A stretch of 64,000 nucleotides of DNA from Leucoraja ocellata (lineage: Eukaryota). This document shows, piece after piece, positions 52,400 to 64,000 of this stretch (its first letter is position 1; the number at the start of each line of letters is the position of its first letter). A program made the position numbers and the translations under genes. The DNA lies in the NCBI GenBank assembly GCA_036785375.1, contig JAWMAR010000175.1, forward strand, positions 1,116,001 through 1,180,000, read 5' to 3'. The notes under the pieces were generated by a model. The model did not search any database and had not been told where the DNA came from. It saw only the letters and a program-made list of their open reading frames with translations.

Positions 52400-52980
52400 A
52401 TGTGTACAAAGGAACTGCAGATGCTGGTTTAAACCGACGATAGACACAAAATGCTGGAGTAACTCAGTGGGACAGGCAGCATCTCTGGAGAGAAGGAATG
52501 GGTGACGTTTCCTGTCGAGACCCTTCCTCAGACTGATGTCAGGGGAGTGGGCGGGACACAGATAGAATGTAGGCAGAGTCAGTAAGACTGGTGGGAGAAC
52601 TGGGAATGGGGAGGGGATGGAGAGAGAGGGAAAGCAAGGGCTATTTGAAGTTAGAGAAGTCAATGTTCATACCGCTGGGGTGTAAGCTACCCAAGCGAAA
52701 TATGAGGTGCTGTTCCTCCAATTTGCACTGGGCCTCACTCTGACAATCGAAGAGGCCCAGGACAGAAGGGCCAGATTGGGAATGGGAGTGGGAGTTCAAG
52801 TACTGAGCCACATGAGATCAGGTAGGTTAAGGCGGACCGAGCAGAGGTGTTCACTGAAACGATCGCCGAGCCTGCGCTTGGTCTCACCGATGTACCGGAT
52901 TTGACACCAGGAACAGTGGATACAGTAGATGAGGTTGGACGAGGTGCAAGTGAACCTCTGCCTCACCTGGGAAGACAGTC
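52400..52980 (-). mobile_element. Penelope-like element fragment with 3' repeat
   Basis: The minus strand encodes FTCTSSNLIYCI..YIGETKRRL (GIY-YIG) and LEEQHLIFRLG. Confidence 0.85.
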
Positions 52981-53153
52981 GGGATCCATCTTGGCAACAT
53001 CACTTAATTTGACAGGAGTTTGAATGACAGAAACTGCTACAGTTGCAAGCACAGTGTACAGTATATCCAGTATCACCTTATATCCAGTTAAACATGATCA
53101 CAGACTGGAAGAAAACATGGCCAGGTCTCCTGTAATTTATTCTTTATCATTAC

Positions 53154-53438
53154 CTTGCATTTTCCAGGATGCAGTCCATGACTTTTGCAATCGTTCATTC
53201 CTTATGGTGCACACGTACATTGTCCTTGACGTATAATCTGTCTTTAGAAGGCTCTCCATGTTGTAAAGACCTCGCGAGTCATTAGTGTTACTTGATGTTG
53301 CATTGTTAGTGAGGTCGATCCCATTCTCATCTCGCCATGTTATTAACGGCTGTGGATAAGCACCAGTCACACCACAGGAGATGTTGACCTCAGCACTCAG
53401 TGTGTTTGGGGGCAAAAGTGTCAGGTTCTTACTGTCAC
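53154..53438 (-). CDS. HHLA2: HHLA2-like exon 3: B7-type IgC domain
   Basis: CTTCCAG acceptor and GTAATG donor, phase 1-1. ISC..GAYPQPLITW...GLYNMESLL...YVCTIRN. Confidence 0.9.
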
Positions 53439-53549
53439 CTGGAAGGAAGCAAGAACCCAGTGAAACCTTAGACAATGGAGCTGTGTCTAGATACACAGGC
53501 GGCAATCAACATCTGGAGATAACAAGCTGCCAGTTCACTTTCATCTCCT

Positions 53550-53875
53550 TTAGTTTAGCTTAGTTCAGTTCAGTTCAGTTTAGTTTAGTTTAGTTTAGTT
53601 ACAGATACAGCATTGAAGCAGTTCCTTCGGCCCATCAGTTCTATGCTATCCCACTTTCCCATCCACTCTACACACTGGGGGCAACTTACAGAGGGCCAAT
53701 GAACCTACAAACCCGCACGTCTTTGGGATGTGGGAGGAAACCGGAGCACCCCCGGGGGAAACCCACACGGTGACACGGAGAACGTGCAAACTCCACATGG
53801 AGAGCACCTGAGGTCAGGATAGAAACCGGGTCTCTGGCGCTGTGAGGCAGCAGCTCTACCAGCTGCGCCACTGGG
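53550..53875 (-). mobile_element. tRNA-derived SINE (HE1-like)
   Basis: A box on the minus strand and (TTTAG/TTCAG)n tail. Confidence 0.82.
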
Positions 53876-54487
53876 CCTTATCTCTCCAACCTAAACATAT
53901 ATAAATGAATCCACGCACTTGTTTCACAAGTGTATGTGTTGGTGCACAAGACTGAGTCAGAGACGAAGTTAGGAGAGAGATAGCTCAAAATGTAGTCAGA
54001 ACAATAGATTTCAAGGATCAGACCAATAGATTTCAAGGAGATTTTCAAATGCAAAACATAAGGTGGTCAGGGAGAATAAATATGACTTAATTTCTCGTTT
54101 AAAGTTGGCCCATTTAGGTTTATGTTCAGGTTTGTTACTGTCATGTGGCCAACTCAAGCGTCATTGAAAGACACAGCTTCCCTGTCCTGGTCTCCCTAGA
54201 TCTGCTTCCACTTTCCAGGGAAGTAGAGTTGGAAGTTGCTCCCTCCGTCAGCGCAGCCCCGCCTGCCCATTCCACACAAACTGCATTGGTGAAGAGCAGC
54301 AAGCCAGGCTGTGGTCAGCTCAGTCTCTGCCGGCCTGGCCTCTACATCTCCCTCCCCAGGGACAGGCAGCATCTCTGGAGAGAAGGAATGGGTGTTCAAG
54401 AAGGAGCTGCAGATGCTGGAAGATCGAAGGTACACAAAACTGCAGCAGCATCTATGGAGCGAAGGAAATAGGTGACAGTTCGGGCCA

Positions 54488-55084
54488 TATAACCATATAA
54501 CAATTACAGCACGGAAACAGGCCATCTCAGCCCTACAAGTCCGTGCCGAACAACTTTTTTTTCCCCTTAGTCCCACCTGCCTGCACTCATACCATAACCC
54601 TCCATTCCCTTCTCATCCATATGCCTATCCAATTTATTTTTAAATGATACCAATGAACCTGCCTCCACCACTTCCACTGGAAGCTCATTCCACACCGCTA
54701 CCACTCTCTGAGTAAAGAAGTTCCCCCTCATATTACCCCTAAACTTCTGTCCCTTAATTCTGAAGTCATGTCCTCTTGTTTGAATCTTCCCTATTCTCAA
54801 AGGGAAAAGCTTGTCCACATCAACTCTGTCTATCCCTCTCATCATTTTAAAGATCTCTATCAAGTCCCCCCTTAACCTTCTGCGCTCCGGAGAATAAAGA
54901 CCTAACTTATTCAACCTATCTCTGTAACTTAGTTGTTGAAACCCAGGCAACATTCTAGTAAATCTCCTCTGTACTCTCTCTATTTTGTTGACATCCTTCC
55001 TATAATTGGGCGACCAAAATTGTACACCATACTCCAGATTTGGTCTCACCAATGCCTTGTACAATTTTAACATTACATCCCAGC
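54488..55084 (-). mobile_element. Young CR1 LINE 3' end
   Basis: ORF 54567-55073 and (GGTTATAT)n tail. Confidence 0.93.
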
Positions 55085-55647
55085 TTTTTTTGTACAGCCG
55101 AAACCCTTCTTCAGACTTTGGGTCGAGACCCTTCCTCAGACTTTATTCAGAGCAGTGCTTGTTTTGTAGACAGAAAGGGGCACAAATCAATTACAAACTT
55201 CAGTCTGAAGAAGGGACTGGATCCAAAAGATCACCCATTCCTTCTCTCCAGAGATGATGCCTGTCCCACTGAGTTACTCCAGCATTGTGTGTCTATCTTG
55301 TGTATGAACCAATATCTGTAGTTCCTTCCTACACAGGCACCAACTGAACCTCCCCTGTCCCAGCCTCTGCCATGTGTTTTATTCAGTTTTACTTTGCTCT
55401 GCATTTGTTTTTTGATCCTTTATTGATCCTTTACAATGAGATTTGTCAACACTCGACTTGGAAGACATTTGGCCAGGTACATGGATGGGAGAGGTTAAGA
55501 GGGATATGGGCCAAACTCGGGCAGGTGGGATTAGTGTAGATGGGGCATGTTGGTCGGCAGGGGCGTGTTGGGCAGAAGGGCCTGTTCCCGTGCTGTGTGA
55601 CTGGATGACTCTAACAGGACTGGCACACATATAAATGAGGTTCTGAC

Positions 55648-55974
55648 CAGCCACTTGCAGGTTGACGTCAGTCTCCACCTTCCCTCCTGAGGTGCTGACG
55701 TAACACTGGTACAATCTCTCATCGTGGATGTTGACGGCCGTCAGACGGAGCGACGCATTCCCTCTCGCTATCTCACTGTGGAAAAGTCCAGTCCTTCCCT
55801 CGTAGTGTGGGTCCTGGTTACCCAGTTGATCTGCTCCTTGGTAAAAGCTGTGCACCACCTGGGTAGTTTGGCCCACACTGTACATCCAGTGCAGCACAAT
55901 CTGCAGCAGAGGGGCTGGTGGGAATGTGCAGGGCAGCACCACGTCTGTGGAGACCACGGCTACCAAGCTCGTAC
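55648..55974 (-). CDS. HHLA2: HHLA2-like exon 2: B7-type IgV domain
   Basis: TTGCAG acceptor and GTCAGA donor, phase 1-1. DVVLPCTF..VLHW..VHSFYQGADQLGNQDPHYEGRTGLFHSEIARGNASLRL..DERLYQCYV closely follows the HHLA2 V1 pattern. The three-Ig layout and CIP2A neighbour fit HHLA2. Confidence 0.92.
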
Positions 55975-56639
55975 CTGCAAGCAAACCGCCACGTTGACCG
56001 TTACTAATGGGAAACGTATCGTCCACATCTCCTGCATCAACAGGAGCACAATTCACAGCCATCCGCTTACATTAGTTCAGAGACACAGCACGGAAACAGG
56101 CCCTTCGGCCCATCGAGTCCATTCCGACCATCGATCACCCGTTCACACTCGTTCTCCCCTATCCCACTTTCTCATCCACTCCCAATTTACAGAGGCCAGT
56201 TAACCTACAAACCCACATGTCTTGTGATGTGGGAGGAAACCGGAGCACCCAGAGGAGACATTTGTGGTCACAGGGAGAACGTGCAAACTCCACACAGACA
56301 GCAGCACCCATGTGCTGAGGCAGCGGCTCTACTATTGTGCTACTGTGCCGCAGGCTGGAGCAGTATTAGGACTGAAATAAGGAAAAACTTTTTCACCCAG
56401 AGAGTTGTGAATCTGTGGAATTCTCTGCCACAGAAGGCAGTGGAGGCCAATTCACAGGATGTTTTCAAGTGAGAGTTAGATTTAGCTCTTCGGGCTAAAG
56501 GAATCAAGGGATTTGGGGGAAAAAGCAGGAACAGAGTAGTGATTTTGGATGATCATATTGAATGGCGGTGCTGGCTCAAAGGACAAATGGCCTACTCCTG
56601 CACCTATTTTCCATATTTTCGAAGATCTTTCCTGGATCT

Positions 56640-58520
56640 AGCACACCAATGCAATTATAAAGAAGGCACATCAGTGACTCTGTTTCCCAAGTAGATTACG
56701 GAGATTCGGCATGTCAAAGAGGATTCTCCTAAACTTCTACAGGTGCACTGTAGAGAGCTTTCTGACTGGTTGCATCGTGGCCTGGTTGGGCAACTTGAAT
56801 GTCCAGGAGCGAAAAAGACTACAAAAAGTTGTGACCACTGCCCAGTCCATCACCGGCTTTGACCTCCCCATCGTCGAAGGGATCTATTGCAGTCGCTGTC
56901 TCAAAAAGGCAGCCAAAATTCCCAGGATGGCGGTTAATTCCCGGGATGGCGGGACTGTCATATGCTGAGCGGCTGGGCTTGTACACTCTGGAATTTAGAA
57001 GGATGAGAGGGTATCTTATTGAAACATATATGATTGTTAAGGGTTTGGACACGCTAGAGGCAGGAAATATGTTCCCGATGTTGGGGGAGTCCAGAACCAG
57101 GGGACACAGTTTAAGAATAAGGGGTAGGCCATTTAGAACGGAGATGAGGAAACACTTTTTCTCACAGAGAGTTGTGAGTCTGTGGAATTCTCTGCCTCAG
57201 AGGGCGGTGGAGGAAGGTTCTCTGGATACTTTTAAGAGAGAGCTTGATAGGGCTCTTAAAAATAGCGGAGTCAGATGTATCTCTCCCAGATGCGATAAAT
57301 GTTTGTTTCAAAACGCTAATATAACACATTCATTTGTAGGATGTACAAAGTTGAATAAATTTTGGAGTGATATATTTGATATATTTACAAAGCTTTTCAA
57401 GTCAAGAATAGAACCCAAAACGGAATGGATTATATTTGGAATAATAGGAGAAGATACCAATTTAAATAAAGATCAAAATGTTTTTTTTAATTATGGGTTA
57501 ATAATTGGAAAGAAATTGATACTTAAATTTTGGAAAAATACAACCACACCAACTGTTAAAATGTGGATTAGGAATATGGTGGACATAGCACGCCTTGAAG
57601 AAATGAGACTCCGACTAATAGATAAATATGACCAATTCTTAAGGAGTTGGTCTCCTTTCATCGACTTTTTGGAATCATGTGATGCAGCGGTGCCGTAAGG
57701 ATTGCTGATTTCAGTTCATGACGCGGATAGATCTACATCTCCGAATACAGATTTGAAAAATTCTCTTTTAAGGGGCCTTCTCTTCTATTTCTACTTCCCA
57801 CTTTCTCTCTTCCTTTTTTATTTTTTATATACACACTTCACGTTTTTCTACTCTCTGCCATCTATTTTTCCACTTTTTCCTCTTTCTATTGTTTTCTTTT
57901 TCTTGTCTTGCTTACTTCCTTCTCATAACATAAAACTAGAGGTTGTACATAGAATGGATTACGGTATTACATAGTTGGCACCTAAAATTAGGTTCCACTG
58001 TACTGTTTTGTGCTGTATTAACTTCTAATAAAATAAACAAAACAAAAAAAACAAAAACAAAAAAAAAAAAAATAATAAAAATAGCGGAGTCAGGGGATAT
58101 GGGGAGAAGGCAGGAACGGGCTACTGATTGTGGATGATCAGCCATAATCACATTGAATGGCGGTGCTGGCTTGAAGGGCCGAATGACCTACTCCTGCACC
58201 TATTGTTTATGGTCTAAAATCACCAAAGACCCACACCATCCTGACCACACACTCATCTCACCATTGCCCCCAGAAAGAAGGTACAGGAGCCTGAAAACTG
58301 TAACGGCCAGGATCAGGAATAGCTACTTCCCTACAGCTATCAGGCTATTAAACACTACAATGAATACGCTCTGGGCTGCAAAACACTATCTTGGTTATTT
58401 ATTGAACTTTTGATTTTTTTGTTCTCTTCCCCTGCCATATTTACATATTAATATATTCTCTTGTGCTGCAACAAGTAATAATTTCATTGTCCCTCCGCGA
58501 CATAGACAATAAAACACTCT
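56640..58520 (+). mobile_element. Nested retroelements: Rex1-like (56640-56918 and 58215-58520) > CR1 (56919-58212) > L1 (57275-58075)
   Basis: The Rex1 frame KKAAKI|TKDPHHPDH is split by the CR1. The L1 fragment has a poly(A) tail and 18-bp TSD TAAAAATAGCGGAGTCAG at 57257-57274 and 58076-58093. Confidence 0.9.
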
Positions 58521-58691
58521 TGATTCATGATGTGGTGACTGCATAGTTTCCTGCAGTCACCTAAGTTGGACAGGCCCATAAAGGCATGTTTCTGTGCTGT
58601 GTAGTTCTACAGATTGTGAACCTGAACTATGATCCAGGTTCTGATAAAGTTAGCAATGCCCATACAAAACATCAGCAAAGTAAATTGTTAC

Positions 58692-58749
58692 CTGCTGTTA
58701 CGAGTTGTAAAAAGCCAAAAATACAGAGGCAGGCTGTCCGTCGAAACAT
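58692..58749 (-). CDS. HHLA2: HHLA2-like first coding exon: signal peptide MFRRTACLCIFGFLQLVTA
   Basis: 19-aa leader and phase-1 donor G|GTAACA. Completes a 366-aa leader-Ig-Ig-Ig-TM frame. Confidence 0.8.
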
Positions 58750-58756
58750 CTCTGGA

Positions 58757-59387
58757 GCTAATGGCATGTTGGCCTTCATAACAAAAGGAGTTGAGTTTAG
58801 GAGCAAAGAGGTCCTTCTGCAGTTGTACAGAGCCCTGGTAAGACCACACCTGGAGTATTGTGTGCAGTTTTGGTCACCTAATTTGAGGAAGGACATTCTT
58901 GTTATTGAGGTAGTGCAGCGTAGGTTCGTGGGGATAATTCCCGGGAGGCCGCATGATGACGTCTGATGAAAGAATGGAGCGGTTGGGCTTGTATTCACTG
59001 GAATTTACAAAGATGAGAGGGGATCTGATAGTAACATATAAGATTATTAAGGGATTGGACATGCTCGATGCAGGAAACATGTTCCCGATGTTGGGGGAGT
59101 CCAGAATCAGTGACCACAGTTTGAGAATAAGGGGTCAGACATTTAGAACGGAGATGAGGAAAAGCTTTTTCACACAGAGAGTTGTGGATGTGCGGAATTC
59201 TCTGCCTCAGAAGGTAGTGGAGGCATTCAAAAGAGAGTTAGATAGGGCTCTTAGGGCTAGCGTAGTCAAGGGATATGGGGAGAAGGCAGGAATGGGGTAT
59301 TTGTGGATGATCAGCCATGATCACATTGAATGGCGGAGCTGGCTTGAAGGGCCGAATGGCCTGCACCTATTGTCTATGTATCTATGT
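58757..59387 (+). mobile_element. CR1 LINE 3' end abutting the HHLA2-like start codon
   Basis: ANGMLAFITKGVEFRSKE...GYGEKAG and CR1 3' UTR. Confidence 0.9.
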
Positions 59388-59668
59388 ACAGGGATAACTA
59401 TGCACACACACACCCATTCCGCACACACATATACATACTCACACTCACACCCACTCACTCCCACACCCACACTCACACCCACGCTCACACTCACAACCAG
59501 ACTCACACTCACACTCCATGCACATGAACACTCCACTCACATCCAGTCTCACACTCACACCTACACTCTTATCCAGTCACACTCACACCTACACGCAGTC
59601 TCATACTTACACCCACACACTCACACCCCCATACACATTCACCGCCTGCCAATACTGCAGATTCCAAC

Positions 59669-61797
59669 ATGCCCACCAGTGTCCACACACGCAGTCTTAT
59701 GAACAGTGCCTCCTGCTGGTCGATGGGTGAAGCACTCTCCCTTGTATCGTTCCTCTTGCTGTAGTGCATTTGTTATTCTCATCTCACTAAATACCTGGGT
59801 TTCCCAGTGAGCACATCCTCAGCTGGGAATCGTTTCCAAACCCGTTGCACCACCATCGGGCCCCTCATAATTTAGATCGATATCTCAGTACTTGGATCTT
59901 AATCGTGTTGGTAATTTAGCTGGGAATAGAATCTTGGATAGTTGATCTTTAGTTAGTGTCAGCATTTATAATTGCAGCCGTGTGTTGAGATTGATGCAGT
60001 TTGTCAACGTACGATGTTGGGACTAGTGGATTATCCAGACTATTCTTTGCCTTTCAATCCAACCACATATTTTTCAATTTTTGTCGAACTACCTTATGCA
60101 CTTTAACATTCTTTAGATTATCAAATGTTCCCTTCAGACCTCACACAGCAGCTGATAACACCCATGTGATAGAGTCATAGAGCATGGAAACAGGCCCTTC
60201 AGCCCAACTTGTCCATGCTGACCAAGATGCCCCAACTAAACTGACCCGCCCACTCTACACTGTCCGACCTTTGCACCTGTATATGGATCGCAGGGGTTGT
60301 GAGGGATATGGGCCAAATGCAGGCGAATGGGACTAGCCCAGTATGGGTCGGCATGGACACGGTGGGCCGAAGGGCCTGTTTCCGTGCTGTACGGCTCAGT
60401 GACTCTGTGAAAGAGCTTTCACTTCTCATGGGAATGGGTGCTTGTGTGGTTTAGTTTAGTTTATTGTCACGTGTACCGAGTTAGAGTGAAAAGCCTTTGT
60501 TGCGTTCCTTCCCGTCAGCGGGAAAACAACACATACTTAGTAAGTATGCAGATGATACCAAGATAGGGGGTGTTGTGGATAATGAAGAGGATTTCCAAAG
60601 TCTACAGAGTGATTTAGGCCATTTGGAAAAATGGGCTGAAAGATGGCAGATGGAGTTTAATGCTGATAAATGTGAGGTGCTACACCTTGGCAGGACAAAT
60701 CAAAATAGGACGTACATGGTAAATGGTAGGGAATTGAAGAATACAGTTGAACAGAGGGATCTGGGTATAACCGTGCATAGTTCCTTGAAGGTGGAATCTC
60801 ATATAGATAGGGTGGTAAAGAAAGCTTTTGGTATGCTAACCTTTATAGATCAGAGCATTGAGTATAGAAGCTGGGATGTAATGTTAAAATTGTACAAGGC
60901 ATTGGTGAGACCAAATCTGGAGTATGGTGTACAATTTTGGTCGCCCAATTATAGGAAGGATATCAACAAAATAGAGAGAGTACAGAGGAGATTTACTAGA
61001 ATGTTGCCTGGGTTTCAACAACTAAGTTACAGAGATAGGTTGAATAAGTTAGGTCTTTATTCTCTGGAGCGCAGAAGGTTAAAGGGGGACCTGATAGAGG
61101 TCTTTAAAATGATGAGAGGGATAGACAGAGTTGATGTGAACAAGCTTTTCCCTTTGAGAATAGGGAAGATTCAAACAAGAGGACATGACTTCAGAATTAA
61201 GGGACAGAAGTTTAGGGGTAATATGAGGGGGAACTTCTTTACTCAGAGAGTGGTAGCGGTGTGGAATGAGCTTCCAGTGGAAGTGGTGGAGGCAGGTTCA
61301 TTGGTATCATTTAAAAATAAATTGGATAGGCATATGGATGAGAAGGGAATGGAGGGTTATGGTATGAGTGCAGGCAGGTGGGACTAAGGGGAAAAAAAAT
61401 GTGTTCGGCACGGACATGTAGGGCCGAGATGGCCTGTTTCCGTGCTGTAATTGTTATATGGTTATATGGTTAACACATGGTTTGGTATCAGCGGCACTGT
61501 CCCATTCTCACTACAGCCCGGCCTTGAGTGAGGTTCTCACACCAGCCCTGCCTCCCTCATTATCAGTCTGTGTTACAGACAGAGAGATGAACAGATGTCC
61601 GCTCTCCTTCCTCTGTGCCCCTGACCTGGATTAAGAGACAGATAGCTGAAAGCAGGTCAGATATGGAACTGTTGATAGTCAGTCAGTGTCTGGTCTGAAC
61701 AGCCCAGTGGAACCTGTTTCCTGTCACCACTGGATAGGGTTTGTGTTGCAACAAACGGCTTTGAAACAAGTAACAAGAAAATATTTAAACAGAAGGG
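59669..61797 (-). repeat. Inverted segmental duplication, copy B (partner 15618-16801), interrupted by a CR1
   Basis: Reverse-complement match to copy A on both sides of the CR1 insert. Confidence 0.95.
60535..61471 (+). mobile_element. Young CR1 LINE with TSD, absent from duplicate copy A
   Basis: Open frame from SKYADDTK to the C-terminus. TSD AACACAT at 60528-60534 and 61472-61478. Empty site ATGTGTT at ~15938-15944. Confidence 0.95.
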
Positions 61798-62139
61798 AAC
61801 ATCTTGCGTGAGTCTGGATGGAGGTTGAGGAAAGGTTCCAGTGTGGGACAGTCCCTACAACTCTGGTCCAGTGAAAAGCTTTGTGTTGCGTGCTATCCAG
61901 TCAGCGGCAAGACTAGACATGATTAGTCTAGCCGTCCACAGTGTACAGATACAGGATCCAGCGATTAATGTTTAATGCCAGGTAAAGCCCAGTAAAATCT
62001 AATTAAATATAGTCCGAGGGTCTCTATTGAGGTAGATGGAAGGTCAGGACCGCTCTCCAGTTGGTGGGAAGATGATTCAGTTGCCAGTTGGAAGAAACTG
62101 TCCCTGAATCTGGAGGTGAGAGTTTGCACACTTCTGTAC

Positions 62140-62990
62140 CTCTTGCACGCACACACGCCACATGCACATACGCATATATGCACACTCTTGCACACGAACG
62201 CACACGCACACACACACGCGCACACACACACACGCACACACGCACACACACACACACACGCACACACACACACACACCCATACGTGCACATNNNNNNNNN
62301 NNNNNNNNNNNNNNNNNNNNNNNNNNNNNNNNNNNNNNNNNNNNNNNNNNNNNNNNNNNNNNNNNNNNNNNNNNNNNNNNNNNNNNNNNNNNNNNNNNNN
62401 NNNNNNNNNNNNNNNNNNNNNNNNNNNNNNNNNNNNNNNNNNNNNNNNNNNNNNNNNNNNNNNNNNNNNNNNNNNNNNNNNNNNNNNNNNNNNNNNNNNN
62501 NNNNNNNNNNNNNNNNNNNNNNNNNNNNNNNNNNNNNNNCGTGCACACACCCTTGCACACGAACGCACACACACACACGCGCGCGCACACACGCACACAC
62601 ACACACACGCACACACACACACACCCATACGTGCACATACTCTTGCACACGAANNNNNNNNNNNNNNNNNNNNNNNNNNNNNNNNNNNNNNNNNNNNNNN
62701 NNNNNNNNNNNNNNNNNNNNNNNNNNNNNNNNNNNNNNNNNNNNNNNNNNNNNNNNNNNNNNNNNNNNNNNNNNNNNNNNNNNNNNNNNNNNNNNNNNNN
62801 NNNNNNNNNNNNNNNNNNNNNNNNNNNNNNNNNNNNNNNNNNNNNNNNNNNNNNNNNNNNNNNNNNNNNNNNNNNNNNNNNNNNNNNNNNNNNNNNNNNN
62901 NNNNNNNNNNNNNNNNNNNNNNNNNNNNNNNNNNNNNNNNNNNNNNNNNNNNNCTTGAACACATACACGTGCGCACACACACACAGACCA
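62140..62990. repeat. (CA)/(CACG)-rich compound tandem repeat with gaps
   Basis: Read directly. Confidence 0.9.
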
Positions 62991-63857
62991 GGATCTCTTG
63001 CCTATTGCCTCCCTCTGTGCTTCTTGCCTCCATCCCCCTCCCATCACACTCCCAGATACACTCCACCTCTATCTCCAGCTCCACGCCCATCTGTCCCACC
63101 TGTCCCATCTGCCCTACCAGTCCCACCTGTCCACCAGTCTACCTGCCCCACCTCCACCTGCACCTGACCATCTCCACCTGTCCAGGTGATAGTGTGGTCA
63201 CCTGTGGACATAGATCCCTCCCTTCTCTCCACACTTAGACAATCCCTGGACATCCACAGACCATGGAACAGTACAGCAAAGGAACAGGCCCTTCAGCCCA
63301 CCACGTCTGTACTGACCATAATGTCTGTCTAATTAATCCCATCTGCCTGCATGTGATACAAACACCTCCATTCCCTGCATATCCATGTCGATTTAAAACC
63401 TCTCAAACGCCACTACGTGTGTGCCTCCAGCACCACCCCCTCTGTGTTCCAGGCACTCACCACCCTCTGTGTATCATAAACTTGCCCTGAAACCCATCCC
63501 TCTCACCTTCAAGCTGATCCCTCTAGTATTTGACGTTTGCCCCCTTGGAAACAGACTCTGGCTGTCTACCTATCAACACCTCTCAGAATGTTATAAACTA
63601 CCATCAGGTGGTCCCTCTGTGTCTGACACCCCAGAGATAACAATCCACGTTTGTCCATACATGGTCTTGTTCACCTCAATACGATCACCTACGCTCCAAA
63701 GAACAGCAGTCCCAGACAGTCCAACCTCCCCCTTTACTCAACCTCGCAAACCCACGTAACGTCCTGGTTAATCTCTTCTGCTTAAAGATATCGTTCCTTT
63801 TGCAGAGTGACCAGAACTGCGCACAGTACTACACGTGTGGTCTCACCAATGTACAGC

Positions 63858-64000
63858 TGCATTGATGATGTAACGGTGGTCAAAACCGTCAGGAGGCGTG
63901 CCAATCAGAAACCTTGGCTAACTGGGGAAGTGTGTTCCCTACTGAGAATCCGAAATGCTACATTCAAATCTGGGGACAACGCAGCATACAAACTGGCAAG
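63858..64000 (+). mobile_element. Rex1/Babar-like LINE fragment running off the window
   Basis: CIDDVTVVKTVRRRANQKPWLTGEV is typical of the region upstream of the RT. Confidence 0.65.

Noticed and set aside
56859-57698. 279-aa ORF
   Set aside because: Chance in-frame chimera of Rex1, CR1 and L1 fragments.

Overview
Repeat-rich vertebrate genomic DNA with several N gaps. The CR1, Penelope, Rex1, L1 and tRNA-SINE repertoire suggests a cartilaginous fish, probably a skate or ray (inference). Three host loci can be reconstructed from splice sites and reading phase. (1) On +, an immunoglobulin-superfamily receptor (22811-29594): leader, germline-joined V domain resembling CD28H/TMIGD2, C1-set domain, transmembrane (TM) segment with an Arg, and a short tail. 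(2) On +, a five-exon disabled fragment of CIP2A (40923-46172), interrupted by an L1 insertion and a frameshift. (3) On -, an intact three-Ig-domain B7-family gene resembling HHLA2/B7-H7 (58749-47507). A likely B7 ligand and a likely CD28H-type receptor therefore sit convergently within about 36 kb. They share an inverted duplicated segment of about 1.2 kb upstream of each gene. The window also contains two copies of a 105-135 bp retroelement that starts exactly at a minimal HDV/CPEB3-type self-cleaving ribozyme fold, ends in (AAG)n and is flanked by 11-bp target-site duplications (TSDs). All homology calls come from motif recognition; no database searches were run.
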